Shown here: one piece after another, positions 26,151 through 40,189 of the stretch
Layout of the letters: each line of letters opens with the position of its first letter
How positions within the stretch are numbered: the stretch's first letter is position 1
Assembly: GCF_009914755.1 (NCBI RefSeq)
Contig: NC_060947.1
Origin: the human T2T-CHM13v2.0 reference genome, Homo sapiens
Length of the DNA stretch: 64,000 nucleotides
Strand: one strand, 5' to 3'
Position numbers and translations under genes: made by a program
Notes under the pieces: generated by a model
What the model saw: the letters and a program-made list of their open reading frames with translations, nothing else
Told to the model about the DNA's origin: nothing
Database searches by the model: none

Positions 26151-26406
26151 TTTAAACACACTCTATGTGTATATATATATATGTGCACTAATCCTTGATC
26201 TATTGCAAGGTATCCTTTCGAAGTTTGGTGTTTGCCCTTACTTTTTTGACACATACAAAAATCAAACTTTTTTAACACATTGTAAATTTATATATATACT
26301 AATCCTTGATCTGTTGCAAGGTATGTTTTCTAAGTTTGGTGTTTGCCCTTACTTTTTTTGACACATACAAAAATCAAACTTTTTAGTAGTCAAATACGTC
26401 ACTCGT
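26151..26406 (+). repeat. ~110-120 bp tandem duplication containing the right arm (26335-26406) of the 72-bp inverted repeat
   Basis: CTAATCCTTGATCT(A/G)TTGCAAGGTAT...TTTGGTGTTTGCCCTTAC...ACATACAAAAATCAAACTTTT occurs at ~26188 and ~26299. Confidence 0.93.
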
Positions 26407-26856
26407 TTTCTTTGTGTTTGATTTCTTCCTTGGCTAGAAAGTCCTTTCCCCTTGAGATATGTCATAAAACTTCACTGCAGTTTTTGTTTTAAATTATGGT
26501 TTTGTTAGTTTACATTTACCTCTTTAATTCCATTTGGAGTTGTATTTTGATGTGGATAAAAGATCTAATTTGATTTTGTTTCCAGATAGCTAGCAATTGT
26601 CCTAATATAATTTATAAATACAACTTCCATTCTTCATTGATTTGCTAGCCGACTTTACCATATATTAAATTCTTATATATAACAGTTACTGTTTCTGGAC
26701 TATCTATTTGTCTCAATTGATCCATTTATTCTTGCACTGATAGCACTATAGTATGATAATGTTTTAATATATTTTAAAAATTATTTGCTATTCTTATCTG
26801 TTGGTTCTTCAAAATGAAATCTAGAATCATTTTATTAAGTTAAAAAAAATTCATTG

Positions 26857-27515
26857 GACCAAATGTTTTAGCTCTCACATGCCAGTGAGAACACATGATA
26901 TTTGTCTTTCTGTGCCTGGCTTATTTCACTTCACATAATGACTTCCAGTTCTATTTACATTTCTGCAAATAACAGGATTTCATTCTTTTTAATGGCCAGA
27001 TAGTATTCAATTGTATATGCATAGCACATTTTCTTTATCCATTCATCTGTTGCTGGACTCTTCTATATCTTGGCTACTGTAAATAGTACTGTGATAAATG
27101 TATGGGCGCAAGTATCCCTTTGATATATTGATTTCCTTTCCTTTTGATAGATACCCTGTAGTGGGATTCCTCAATCATATGGAGATAGAGAGTAAAATGA
27201 TAGTTACCAGAGGTTGGGAAGGGTGGAAGGCGATGAAGAGAGGTTGGCTAATGGGTACAAACAGACAGTTAGATAGAAGAAATAGGTTCTAGTGTTCAGT
27301 CGCACAGTACGGTGACTATAGTTAACAATATCTTATGTATTTTGAAATAGCTAGAAGAGAGTACTTGAAATGTTCTTACATATAGAAATGATAAATGTTT
27401 GAGGTGATAAATATCCTAAATATTCAAATCCCCTGATTTGATTATTACAATGCATACATGTGTTGAAACATCACACTGTACCCCATGAATATGTACAATT
27501 ATTATGTATCAAAAA
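26857..27515. mobile_element. L1MA-type 3' fragment with a 5' inversion (antisense ~26857-27175, sense ~27175-27515)
   Basis: Antisense TTTGTCTTTCTGTGCCTGGCTTATTTCACT... joined to sense ATGGAGATAGAGAGTAAAATGATAGTTACCAGAGG...GTACCCCATGAATATGTACAATTATTATG; CATTGG on both flanks. Confidence 0.75.
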
Positions 27516-30250
27516 TTTTTTTGAAAACACCATTGGGGTTACATTAAATTTATTAATAAACTAAGAATGAATTGTCATCTTTAAATAATTTAGTCTTCCC
27601 TTCCCATAACATAAGTCTCTCCATTTATAATTTTTTTGTTTATATCCATCAATCAAGTTTTATAGTTTTCTTTTTGTATGTCTTATACATTTTTTGTTAT
27701 TTCGAGTTATTGTGTGTATGAATGTGTATGCTGATTTTTAAAAATCATAAATGGGATCTGTTTCCACTATATTTTCTGTTTCATAGGAAAGCTACTGATT
27801 TTATGTTCTGTTCTTGTATTTATCCAGTGTACTGAATGCTCTTATTAATGCAGATAGTTTTTTTTTTAAGTTTATTCCCTTTGTTTTTTTTAGATACATC
27901 AAGTTTCTTTTCACTGAGGTACATATGTTCTCTCACATTTCTTCCCTTCTCACCCTCAATGTAGACAGCCATTGGGAAAGTTCTGACTGCCCAGTGGGAT
28001 TGATGGTGATAAGACGAGAACTAATTTAAAATATTTAAAATAATTAGCTCAAAAAATAGTTTATTTCCATAGTTGGCATCCTTCTGGACATATCTGCCTT
28101 TGTTTGCTACTTATCTGATGGAAGATTTGGAAGAAGAAATGCTGTTATAATTCTTTAGCTTCAAGGACACATAATGAAGTCATTTGACATGTATGTCTTT
28201 AGATAAATGCATAATTATCTTTTTGTCCTTTAAGTTTTAAAGGGACAACTGGGAATAAAGTGCCTGTCAAACAACTGAACTGGAGAAATGGGGGAGGAGC
28301 AGTGATGAAATAAAATTCCAGTTTATCAGTTGCAATAAAGGGGAACAGTGTGGCAAAGAACTTGAAATTATAACTTAACTTCATTTAGTGAGAAATTACA
28401 ACTTGCATTTAGTTTTTGAATTCAATTGGATATGTGCCTTGGTGCCACATTTATCTTCATGATAACTTAGGCCACCAACATTATTTTCAATTTCCTGAAT
28501 ACAATCCAGTGGTAAAGTGAGCCTGAAAGCCAGCCTAGGATTGTTTGCCACATATAAACCACCGAATGGATAATTCACGGCAAATAAGCCAAGTACTGAC
28601 TCTGGTTGACAATGTAAAATTAAAGTTGCAAGATTAGCCTGAAGATGTCATTTAGCTTAAGCAAAGGGGGAGTCTGGGTTGATCTCTTTCGGGCTCTCCC
28701 CACCTGGCCTCTTCCCTTCAGCTCCCTCCACTGCCCTCCTTCTCTCAGTGGACAGTTCTACCTCCATGTCCAAGCAGATTCCCTCCCTTTTTGAGAATTG
28801 TGCTTTTGGAATTGTCTTAAAGACCAATTTGTTAATACATTCCCTCTAGTATAAGAGAGGGGCAGCACAGAATGGTGGTTAAGAGCCCAGATCTTCCAGC
28901 CAGATCTCTGGGTGTGCATCCCAGCTCTGACCCTTAACTAGCTATTTTCCCTTGGGCAGGTTACTTTAACTTTCTGTGTCTCAGGTTTCTTACCTGTAAA
29001 ACGGCAGATGGTGATAATGAGAGTACTTACCTCACAGGGTTGTTATGATGATTATGACATGAGTTAATATTTGTAAAGTTAACATGTAATATGTGTTTTT
29101 TAATATGAATAAAAGCTCTATAAATAATTGTAATACAAAGTTAGAACATCATAAGTATACGTAAATAAAACTTGATATGGAAGTTCAGGGGAAGAAGTGG
29201 TTATATTTATTTTCATGACTCATCAAAATATCACATAGTTTTACCATCACACTTGAAGTTGAATGACTTTCAACTGTTTCAAAAATTAAAATTCTCTCTG
29301 AAAGAATAAAGTTTGGGCCATTGTAAGTTTGGAAAGCTCTTGAATCAGAGTATAGTCTCAAAAATAATGGCTTTGTGTAGGATACTATTCCTCTGGATAT
29401 AAAAGTTCTGAAACGTTTGTTAAAAATCATTATAGTTGTGTCTTGAATTTTGTATGTAGCATTAGTTCGTATAGACGTAGAGGGCATAGGTACTGGCTTG
29501 CTTTATTTGAAATGTCATGAAGAAGTCAGATGTAGCTAAATGTTTTCTTTTGTGTAGTACTTGACGTGGTATAAAAAAGGAATTGATGTGGATTTGTCAG
29601 TTCTAAACCAGGATCTGTCCCCAACACTGACCCACTGAGAAAATAAGAAATAAGTCAGGTTGGTTGCTTCTTGTCCATTTCTAACCTGGACACTTTTTTA
29701 CAGTTAGGGACAACTTTTGATGAAATAAAGACAAATTTCAATATCAGCAGAGACTAGATTAACACATGCTTTATAGTAATTAAAATAAATTAAAGGCAAT
29801 GATAAAACTCCACCGTTCTTTAACAATTATTCATGTTCTGATTTTTTTGGTGATACATTTTAAACTCTAGGATTATCAAAAAGTCCAAAAAAGCTTTAAT
29901 GAGGGAAGGAAGTTAAAAGTACACTACATTGCTGGTTTGTCTGTATTAAGGGAGGGAGTCAGAGGAAATATAATCCTGAAGGGGATGTAACAATTTAAAA
30001 AAATGAATTACATTTTTATGAGTTGTGATTTGCTTAGGCTAGGTTTGTAAGGCTCCAAATTGTAATTCTGCTTGTTTTTCTTAAAAAATTAGTCACTTAA
30101 ATAACTACATGAAAAAATAACATGCAAGAATGCATTTACGTTAGTTTAAATTTACTTCTAGTTTATATACACACAGGGACAGACAGTTTTGAATAGTTGT
30201 AATCAGAGTGGCATCCCCTTGTGCCCACTTTTTACACATACTGTCATTTT

Positions 30251-30706
30251 ATTTTTTTATTTTTATTTTTTGTTTTGTGTGTGTTTTTTTTAATACTTTA
30301 AGTTCTAGGGTACATGTGCACAACGTGCAGGTTTGTTACATATGTATACATGTGCCATGTTGGTGTGCTGCACCCATTAACTCATCATTTACATTAGGTA
30401 TATCTCCTAATGCTATCCCTCCCCCCACCCCAGGACAGGCCCCAGTGTGTGAAGTTCCCCTTCCTGTGTCCAAGTGTTCTAATTGTTCAATTCCCACCTA
30501 TGAGTGAGAACATGCAGTGTTTGGTTTTCTGTCCTTGCGATAGTTTGCTGAGAATGATCGTTTCCAGCTTCATCCATGTCCCTACAAAGGACATGAACTC
30601 ATCCTTTTTTATGGCTGCATAGTATTCCATGGTGTATATGTGCCACATTTTCTTAATCCAGTCTATCATTGATGGACATTTGGGTTGGTTCCAAGTCTTT
30701 GCTATT
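30251..30706 (-). mobile_element. L1PA 3' end, 5'-truncated, with TSD
   Basis: TACTTTAAGTTCTAGGGTACATGTGCACAACGTGCAGG...CCAAGTCTTTGCTATT; flanking TTACACAT(A/G)CT(G/A)TCATTTT duplication. Confidence 0.93.
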
Positions 30707-30735
30707 ACACATGCTATCATTTTATGTCAACATAG

Positions 30736-31125
<390 letters not shown>

Positions 31126-31199
31126 GCATTAACATTGTAAACCTTCACCTTTGACATAGAAAGTGTAATTTTGAACCATTGTTTCTGCTATAATTCCTT

Positions 31200-32560
31200 T
31201 ATTTTTCCCTAATTTATATATTTATTTCTAAACTGGCAAAATTGTATATATGTATTGTGTATGACATGATGCTTTGAAATATGTATACATGTGTAATAGC
31301 TAAATTGGGATAATTAGCATATGCATTACCTCACATACTTACATTTTGTGATGAGAACACTTAAAATCTACTCTCTTAGCAACTTTCAAGAATACAATAC
31401 ATTGTTTTTAACTATAGTTGCCACGTTGTACAATAGATCTCTTGAACTTTTTCCTCCTAACCTAAATCTTTTATCCTTTGACCCAAATTTCCCAATCCCC
31501 ACCCTGCACGCCCCTACGAGCCCCTGGTAGCCACCCACCATTCTACTCTTGGCTTGTATTAGTTCAACTTTTTAAGATCCCATGTATAACTGAAACTACG
31601 CGGTATTTGTTTCTCTGCGCATAGCTTATTTCACTTTACAAACTGTCCTCCATATTCATCCATGTTGTTGCAAATGACAAGATTTCCTTTGTGTTTAAGG
31701 CTGAATAGTATTCCATTGTGTATATACAACATATTTTCTTTATCCATTCATCTGTTGATAGACATGTAGGTTGATTGCATTATGTCTTGGCTATTGTGAA
31801 TAATGCTGCAATATACATGAAAGTGCAGATTTCTCCTTGACATGATGATTTCATTTCCTTTTGATATATACCCAGCAGTGGGATTGCTGGATCATATGGT
31901 GGTTCTATCTTTAATTTTTTGAAGAACTTTCATACCGTTTTTTATAATGGCTGTACTAATTTATATTCCCACCAACAGTGTGCAAGGGTTCCCTTCTCTC
32001 TGCATCCTCTCTTGTTGTCTTGTTTTTGATAATAACCATCCTAACAGGTGTGAAATGATATCTCATTGTGGTTTCATTTGCATTTTTCTGATGATTAGTG
32101 AGGTTGAGCATTTTTTCACATACCTGTTGGTCATTTGTATATTTTCTTTTGAGAAATGTCTATTCTGGTCCTTTGCCCATTTTTATTTTATTTTATTTTT
32201 TTTGCAATGGTGTCTCGGTCTGTCGCCCAGGCTGGAGTGCAGTGGCGCGATCTTGGCTCGCTGCAAACTCCACCTCCCAGGTTCATGCCATTCTCCTGCC
32301 TCAGACTCCCGAGTAGCTGCCTTTGCCCATTTTTAAATGGGATTATTTGTTTTCTTTCTATTGAGTAATTTGAGTCTCTTATATATTTTGGATATTAACT
32401 CCTTATCATATGTATGGTTTGCAAATATATTCTCCCATTCTGTAGGTTGTCTCTTCACTCTGTTGTTTCCTTTGCTGTTCAGAAGCTTTTTAGTTTGTTG
32501 TAATCCCATTTATCTATTTCTGCTTTTGATGTCTGTGCTTTTGGGGTTATACCCAAAAAC
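31200..32560 (-). mobile_element. L1MA/L1PB-type 3' region, interrupted by a truncated Alu
   Basis: GGCTGAATAGTATTCCATTGTG...CCCAGCAGTGGGATTGCTGGATCATATGG...TTTGCAAATATATTCTCCCATTCTGTAGGTTG. Confidence 0.88.
32185..32319 (-). mobile_element. 5'-truncated Alu (right arm, AluY-like) with a 15-bp TSD
   Basis: GTTCATGCCATTCTCCTGCC segment; CCTTTGCCCATTTTT at 32170-32184 and 32320-32334. Confidence 0.88.
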
Positions 32561-33134
32561 AATTCCCTTATTTTGAGCAATTATTCCTTATTTAGGGGTG
32601 CTTAGGTTAGTTCCATTTTTTTCACTATTAAAATAGGGCTAGTATGAAAATCTTTGTCAAATTGCGTTTTCCTCTTGACTTGTTTCCTTGGAGTGTATGA
32701 AGATAAGCAAGGTTATGCAGTCAAAAATATGTATGGTTTTATAGGTCTCGTTATATAACTTGCCAGTTTGAATAGCGATTTTCCATGGACAGGGACAGAG
32801 TATGTTTTGTTTGAAAAGGCATATTCAATATTTTAGTTTAATTTTATGTTACAAAATTACTGGTTTATAATAGAAGCTATAGAAAATAAAACTAAGAAAT
32901 ATTATTGGGGAAGAAAGGAAAAAATGGTTCAGAAACACTGTCCTGTGAAGACTGAAATGATTGACAAACCTTCAGCTTATACTAAAATAAAATTGCATTC
33001 TTAAAGCATAGACTGAATGACTACGGAGGAGGTGGCACAGAACTGCCCTGGGCAGGTGGAAGAAGCCAGGTTGACAACAGGGAAGTTGCCATCAATATTC
33101 CCAATGAGATGTGGGCATTCGCTTTACATTTTAA

Positions 33135-33300
33135 TCAGTCCTTCTGTAACTTTAATGTTCATACAAATCACCTGGGCATCTTACTAAAATCCAGATTCTG
33201 ATTTAACAGGTCTGGGTGGGGCCTGGAAGTCTACATTTCTAACAAGCTCCCAGGTGATGTTGATGCTGTTGTCCTGGGAATGCAATTTGAGTTGCACTGT
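33135..33300. mobile_element. MER5A-type hAT MITE
   Basis: AATCACCTGGG...AAAATCCAGATTCTGATT...GGGTGGGGCCTG...TTTCTAACAAGCTCCCAGGTGATG. Confidence 0.8.
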
Positions 33301-34277
33301 TTTAGATCTCTTCCTTGTATGACATATTATAGTAAGAGTTGACTACAGGGGATCCTTGGTCAGTTACTTCAGTAACTTGAAAGTGAAAGATATAAACTGC
33401 TGGCCTATTTGAGGGGTGAAACAATTTTGCTCATTCAGAAATTGGAGGGGTTGTGGGGAGAAGGAAATTGTTAATATTAGATGAGTTAATCATGAGAAGT
33501 TTTATGTACCATTCACACCAGGTTGTTCAGAGACTGAAGGAGGTACGAAGTTTTGAAGTGGTACTCAGGTTCCTGCTACTTAACTGAAAGTGAGATAAGA
33601 TCAGATTCGTTAGGAAACAATTCTCAAAACAGACTCATTTACTTTGACTAAATGCGTCTGAATGATAGTAGGGAGATAGAGTCATTGTATTTTTTAGAGA
33701 CCCACTGTTTTAGAAAGTGGAAAACTTGTTGCTTACCATTCTGCTTATCTTGTTGCTGAGATTTTAAATAATGAATCTCCACATCACCCTTATGATACTG
33801 AATTATTGCCATTAATCATTTCTCATAGGGAAAATGGAACTAAGAACCTATGCTGTTTCACTGCTTCCATCTCCATTTTGCTATGTGGCTTTAAGAAAAT
33901 CACTTAAAGGCTTATGTTGAGTTCCCATGGTGAAAAATGGAAATCAAAGCTCTTGCCTTGTTCCCCATAGAGTACTTGCTGAAGTTAGTGGGCTTTGAGG
34001 TAGATTTCAAGTGTTTAAAAAGACAAAAGACTTTAACATTGTAATATTGTATATTTATTCAGCATATTATATATAGGCATATATCAAGCTATTTTATATA
34101 TGATCTAAATATTCTGGCAATCCTTCGTAAAAAATAAAACATCATATAATCCACATCAGTAGTTAAATTGACCTTTTGTTCAGTGTCACGAATCAAGTAA
34201 ATCTGAATAGTGTGTTTCAGATTTGTTTTGGCCCTTTAGGTAATCAGTTCTGATGCATATTGATGAAAGATATAGTA

Positions 34278-34563
<286 letters not shown>

Positions 34564-34685
34564 TAATTCACATATTTAAATACTTTTATTTCCAAAGGAG
34601 GTTAATGGTAAATGTGATCATCAAGTCAAGCATGACACTCTGCTTGTAAACACATTGATTTTAACCAGAGTTCAGTGCATGTCCT

Positions 34686-34990
34686 GGCTAGGTGTGGTGG
34701 CTCACACCTGTAATCCTACTACTTTGGGAGGCCTAGGTGGGAGGATAGCTTGAGGCCAGGAGTTCAAGACCGTCGTGGTCAACAGAGCAAGACCCTGTCT
34801 CTGCAAAAACTAAAAAAAAAAAAAAAAAAAAAAAAAATTAGCTAGGCACAGCAGTGTGCAACTGTAGTGGCAGCTACTCAGGAGGCTAAGGCAGGAGGGC
34901 AAGGCTGCAGTAAGCTATGATCACCCTACTGTACTCCAGCCTGGGTGACAGAGCAAGACACCATTAAAAAAAAAAAAAAAAAAAAAAAAA
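34686..34990 (+). mobile_element. Alu (AluJ-type), expanded central A tract, internal deletion in the right arm
   Basis: GGAGGATAGCTTGAGGCCAGGAGTTCAAGACC (J-type); two long A runs. Confidence 0.88.
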
Positions 34991-35427
34991 GCATGTGTCC
35001 TAACCAAAAGATCTCTATTGACCCAAACTTGTGCCCAAGAATAGCAATCAGAAAATTTATGAAATGAATGATTTAGATTCACATTCAATTGATTCACAAT
35101 TGATTTTGATTCACATTCAAAAACTGAAACAATTCATTATAAAGTTTACCTTACTGTTTTATGAGGTAAAATTTTATTAGGCAAATTAAGTAGGATTACT
35201 ATATATACTAAAATATAACAAATAATCTATATCCAGTACAGTGTGGGGATCAGGAACTGGGGATCTAGAATCAAATGGGCCTGATTCAAATCCCATTTTT
35301 GCTTCTTAATCTCTAGACTGATTTTGGTTACTTAACATCTCAAAGTCTCAGTTTCCCCATCTATAAAATAAATATTACAACATAAACCTAATAGGATTTT
35401 TGTGGGGTCCAAAGGAGATAATGCATG

Positions 35428-37485
35428 TGCTAGAAACTTAACTTTTTATCCTCCTAAATTCACACGTTTAAACCCTTACCTCCAATATGCTTGTATTTGG
35501 AGATAGGACCTCTAGGAGGTAATTAATGATAAATGAGATCATAAGGATGGGGCTGTAATCTGATAAATTTGGTGACCTTATGAGAAGAGGAAGAATGCAT
35601 GTACAAAGAAGAGGTCATATGAGCACACAGCAAGAAGGCGGCTGTCTACAAGCCAAGAGAAGAGGCTTCAGAATGAAACATACCTTACCAGCACCTTGAT
35701 CTTGGACTTCCCAGTCTCCAGAATTGTGAGAAATAAATTTCTGTTGTTTAAGCCACCCTGTCTATGGTATCTTGTTATGGCAGCCTGAACAGACCAATAC
35801 AGATTTTGGTACTGAGAGGAGGAGTATTGCTGTAACAAATACCTAAAAATGTGGAAGTGGCCTTAGAACTAGGTAATGAGTAGAGGCTGGAGGAGTTTTA
35901 AGGTGTATGCTAGAAAAAAGCATAGACGGCTGTGAACAGAATGTTGGTAGAACTATGGATGTTGCAGGTTATTCTGATGAGGTCTCAGATGGAAATCAGC
36001 AACATGTTACTGCAAAATGGGAGAAAGGTGTTCCTTGTTATAAATGGTAAAGAACTTGACTGAACTGTGTTCTAGTATTTTGTGGAAGGTGGAATTTGTT
36101 GAGTAAAAAAATTGACTTTTTATCTGAGGAGATTTCTGAGCAAAAAGTTGAAGGAGTGGCTCAGTCCCTCCTGACTGCTTATGGTAAAATACAAAAGGAG
36201 AGAGATGAATTGAAGAAGGAATTGTTAAGCAAAAGGGAACTGGAACTTAAACATTTGGAAAATTCTGAGCCTTTATGTATTGCAATAAATGAGGAAGCTT
36301 GTTCTGGAGACAACACTAAGGGTGTGGCTGGACTATCTATCACTACTTAAGATTACTTATGATGTTAACCAGCCATCTGAGCAGAAGTCAGGAATAGAGT
36401 TTGGAAAAAAGCAGCAGAAATATTACCAGTTTGGACCAAAGAGAACAGGACAGTATGGTATAGTTATTTGGCTGCAAACATGGTTTATCTTTCAAGAAAA
36501 GGGAAGAACGACCCTGAGGGTGATTCAGAGATAACCAGGGCTGCCATTCCTACTATAGGCCCAAAGTGCACAGGCCTGGAGGGTAAGGCTGCCTCTACCT
36601 TGGTTTCAAAAAGTGAGACTGACATCCAACAGAGCCACATAGGTGGGGCCATCACCCTAGCCAAAGGATGTGGCCACCTTACAGAGCTGTGGGGGTGATG
36701 CTGCTTTTCCAGTGAACCTGAAGGGCAGAATATTGAATCGAAGAGGATTATTCTTGAGCCTTAAGAGCTAATGGAGTTTGCCTTGCTAGGTTTTGGACTT
36801 GCTTGGGACCTGTGACCCCTTTATTTCTTCCAATTTCTCCCTTTTGGAATGGGAATGTCTATCCTCTTCCTGTAGCACCATTATATTTTGGAAGCACATA
36901 GCTTGTCTGGTTTCATAGTTTCACAGCTGAAAATAAATTTTGCCTCAAGATGAATAATACTGCTATTCTCACCCACATCTAATTTTATTTAGATGAGACT
37001 TTGGACTTTAGATTTTAAGTTGATGCTAGAATGAGTTAATTTCTTTTGAGGCCGTTGGGATGGTATAAGTGTGAGAAGGACATGAGTTTTGGGGGTCGAG
37101 AGTGGAATGATATAGACTGAATTGTGTTCCCCCATAATATGTTTAAGCTCTAACTTCCAACATGACTGTAATTGGAGATAGGGGGTAATTAAGGTTAAAT
37201 GAGTTAAATCATAAGGGTGGGGCTCTAATCTGATAGGATAATCATAAGTGTGGGGCTCCAATCTGATAGGATTGGGGGCCTTATTACAACAGAAAAGGCT
37301 GTCTGAGTACACAGCAAGAGGTCAGCTACTCACAAGGCAAGAGAAGAGGGCTCAAAATGAAACTTATGTTGCTGGCACCTCGATCTTGGACTTTCCAGCC
37401 TCCAGAACTGTGAGAAAGTAAATTTCTTTTATTTATGCCATTCAAGGTATGGTATTTTGTTATGGCAGCCAAGCAGACTAATACA
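35428..37485 (+). mobile_element. Full LTR-internal-LTR MaLR element (MLT1A-type): LTR 35428-35801, internal 35802-37107, LTR 37108-37485
   Basis: Two homologous TG...ATACA LTRs; internal start GATTTTGGTAC; purine-rich tract before the 3' LTR; 5-bp TSD GCATG/GCAAG; splits a MIR. Confidence 0.85.
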
Positions 37486-37907
37486 GCAAGTAAAACTCTT
37501 GGCATGTAGTAGAAATCAATTAGACAAATATACAATATAGATATAAACTGAGTAATGGGAAGGAATGTTTACCCCATTTAAAAGGATAAGCTGCTTTTAG
37601 GAAAATAAAGTTACAACTAAGGCACTTTGGAGATAGTCCTAGTTTACAGAATTTTAGAGTTGCTCTTCCACAAAAGTATAATTTAAAACAAGCAGCACTT
37701 GTTTTTAATTCATATATTTTTTACTATTACTTCATTTATAATATATTATAGGGTAATATAGTAATACAGTCATGTGCAATATAGCAACATTTTCCTTAAC
37801 GACGAACAGCATATACAATGGTGGTCCCATAAGATTATAATGGAGCTGAAAAATTCCTACCACCTACTGATGTTGTAGCCATTGTAATGCCACAGCACAA
37901 TGAATTA

Positions 37908-38305
<398 letters not shown>

Positions 38306-38879
38306 ATGTATAGCACAGACAATTACATACAGTACACAATACTTGATAATGATAACAAATTACTGTGTTACTGGTTTATGTATTTACTGTACTATACATT
38401 TTATCATTATTTTAAAATCTACTCCTACTTATATAAAAAAAAGTTAGCTGTAAAACAGCCTCGGGCAGGTCCCTCAGGAGGTATTCCAGAAGGCATTCTG
38501 GAATATGAATATCATAGGAGATGACAGCTCCGTGTGTGTGACTGCACCTGAAGATCCTGCAGTGGGATAAGATGTGGAGGTGGAAGACAGTGATACTGAT
38601 GATCCTGACCCTCTCTGTAGGCCTAGGCTAATGTGTGTATTTGTGTTTTAGTTTTTAACAAAAAAGTTTAAATAGCAAAGAATACATAAAATAAAAATTT
38701 TGAAACAGAGAAAAGCTTATGGAATAAGGATATAAAGAAAAACAGTTTTGTACAGCTGTACAATGTGTTTGTGTTTTAAGCGAAGTGTTATAAAAGAGTC
38801 AAAAAGTTTAAAAAAATTTACAAGTTTATAAAGTAAAAGAGTTGAAGCTAAGATTAATTTATTATTGAAGAGATACAGT

Positions 38880-39120
38880 TTTTTTTTTTGAGAGAATCTC
38901 GCTCCGTCACCCAGGCTGGAGTGCAGTGGCGTGATCTCGTCTCACTGCAACCTCCGCCTCCTGAGTTCAAGCGATTCTCCTGCCTCAGTGCCTCAGCCTC
39001 CCAAGTAGCTGGGACTACAGGTGCGTGCCACCATGCCTGGCTAAGTTTTTGTATTTTTAGTAGAGATGGGGTTTCGTTGTGTTAACCAGGATGGTCTCGA
39101 TCTCCTGACCTCGTGATCTG
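38880..39120 (-). mobile_element. Alu, 5'-truncated
   Basis: Poly-T...CCTGACCTCGTGATCTG; internal TGCCTCAG duplication. Confidence 0.9.
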
Positions 39121-40125
39121 GGAAATATAAATATTTTAAAATAAATTTAGTGTAGCCTAAGTTTACAGTGTTCATAACATTCTAGTAGTGTAATGTCCTA
39201 GGCCTTCACATTCACTCACCACTCACTCATTGACTCACCCAGAGCAATTTCCAGTCCTGCAAGCTCCATTCATGGTAAGTACTCTCAACAGGTATAGCAT
39301 TCTTTATCTTTTATACTATATTTTACTGTGCCTTTTCTATGTTTAGATAGGTTTAGATACACAAATACCATTATGTTACAATTGCATACAGTATTCTGTA
39401 CAGTAACATGCTGTACAGGTTTGTAGCCTGGAGTAATAGGCTATACCACATAGCCTAGGTGGTATACCATATAGGTTTGTGTAAGTACAGTCTATGATGT
39501 TTGCACAACAACGAAATCACCTAATGATGCACTTCTCATAATGTATCCCCCTTGGTAAGTGATGCATGACTGTGGCAATATTATATTGCTATACATTATA
39601 ATAGTAATTTTATAAAAATATAGTTATATTCAATTTATAGTATTATATCCTTATACTATTGCCATTATATTTATAACAAATATTATTAATATTAATAATT
39701 ATTTATGTGGGCCTGATAGTGTATTATCCCAGTGAAATGTTTTCACCTTAAGTTTCGATATGTACTTAAAAATAAGTCTATTGTTTGTTAAAACTATCTA
39801 ATAATTCATGGTTTTATCAATTACAACAGGTCCCTGTTGTAGTTTCTTTCTGTCCAAATGGTCTCTCAACTTGACAAATCTTTAGGAGCATGAATTTCCA
39901 TATTTCAAAAAATGAAAAGATAAAGAAATCTCACTGGAAACTGTGGTTGGGCAGATACAATATGGAGACAAGTTAGATTCACTATGCTTTACTTCCTATG
40001 AATGCAATGACACCATATACGTGTGTCCTAGTATATGTGACATTTATATGTAATATTAAGCTCAAATTTAAAGTATCCATTGTTCTTTTGGAATCTTTCA
40101 GTAATGGAAGTTTATTCTTTCACAG

Positions 40126-40189
40126 GTATCACGGTTACATTTATACATACCGAGTGTCCCAGACAGAAACAGGTTCTTGGAGTGCTGAG
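40126..40189 (+). CDS. SH2D1A: SH2D1A coding exon 2, 64 nt
   Basis: TTCTTTCACAG acceptor; (L)[21 protein letters not shown]; donor GTATAG; Arg55 CGA codon at 40151. Confidence 0.98.

Noticed and set aside
36096-36698. Coiled-coil-like ORFs (e.g. QKERDELKKELL)
   Set aside because: Lie within the MaLR internal region and are decayed retroelement ORF remnants.
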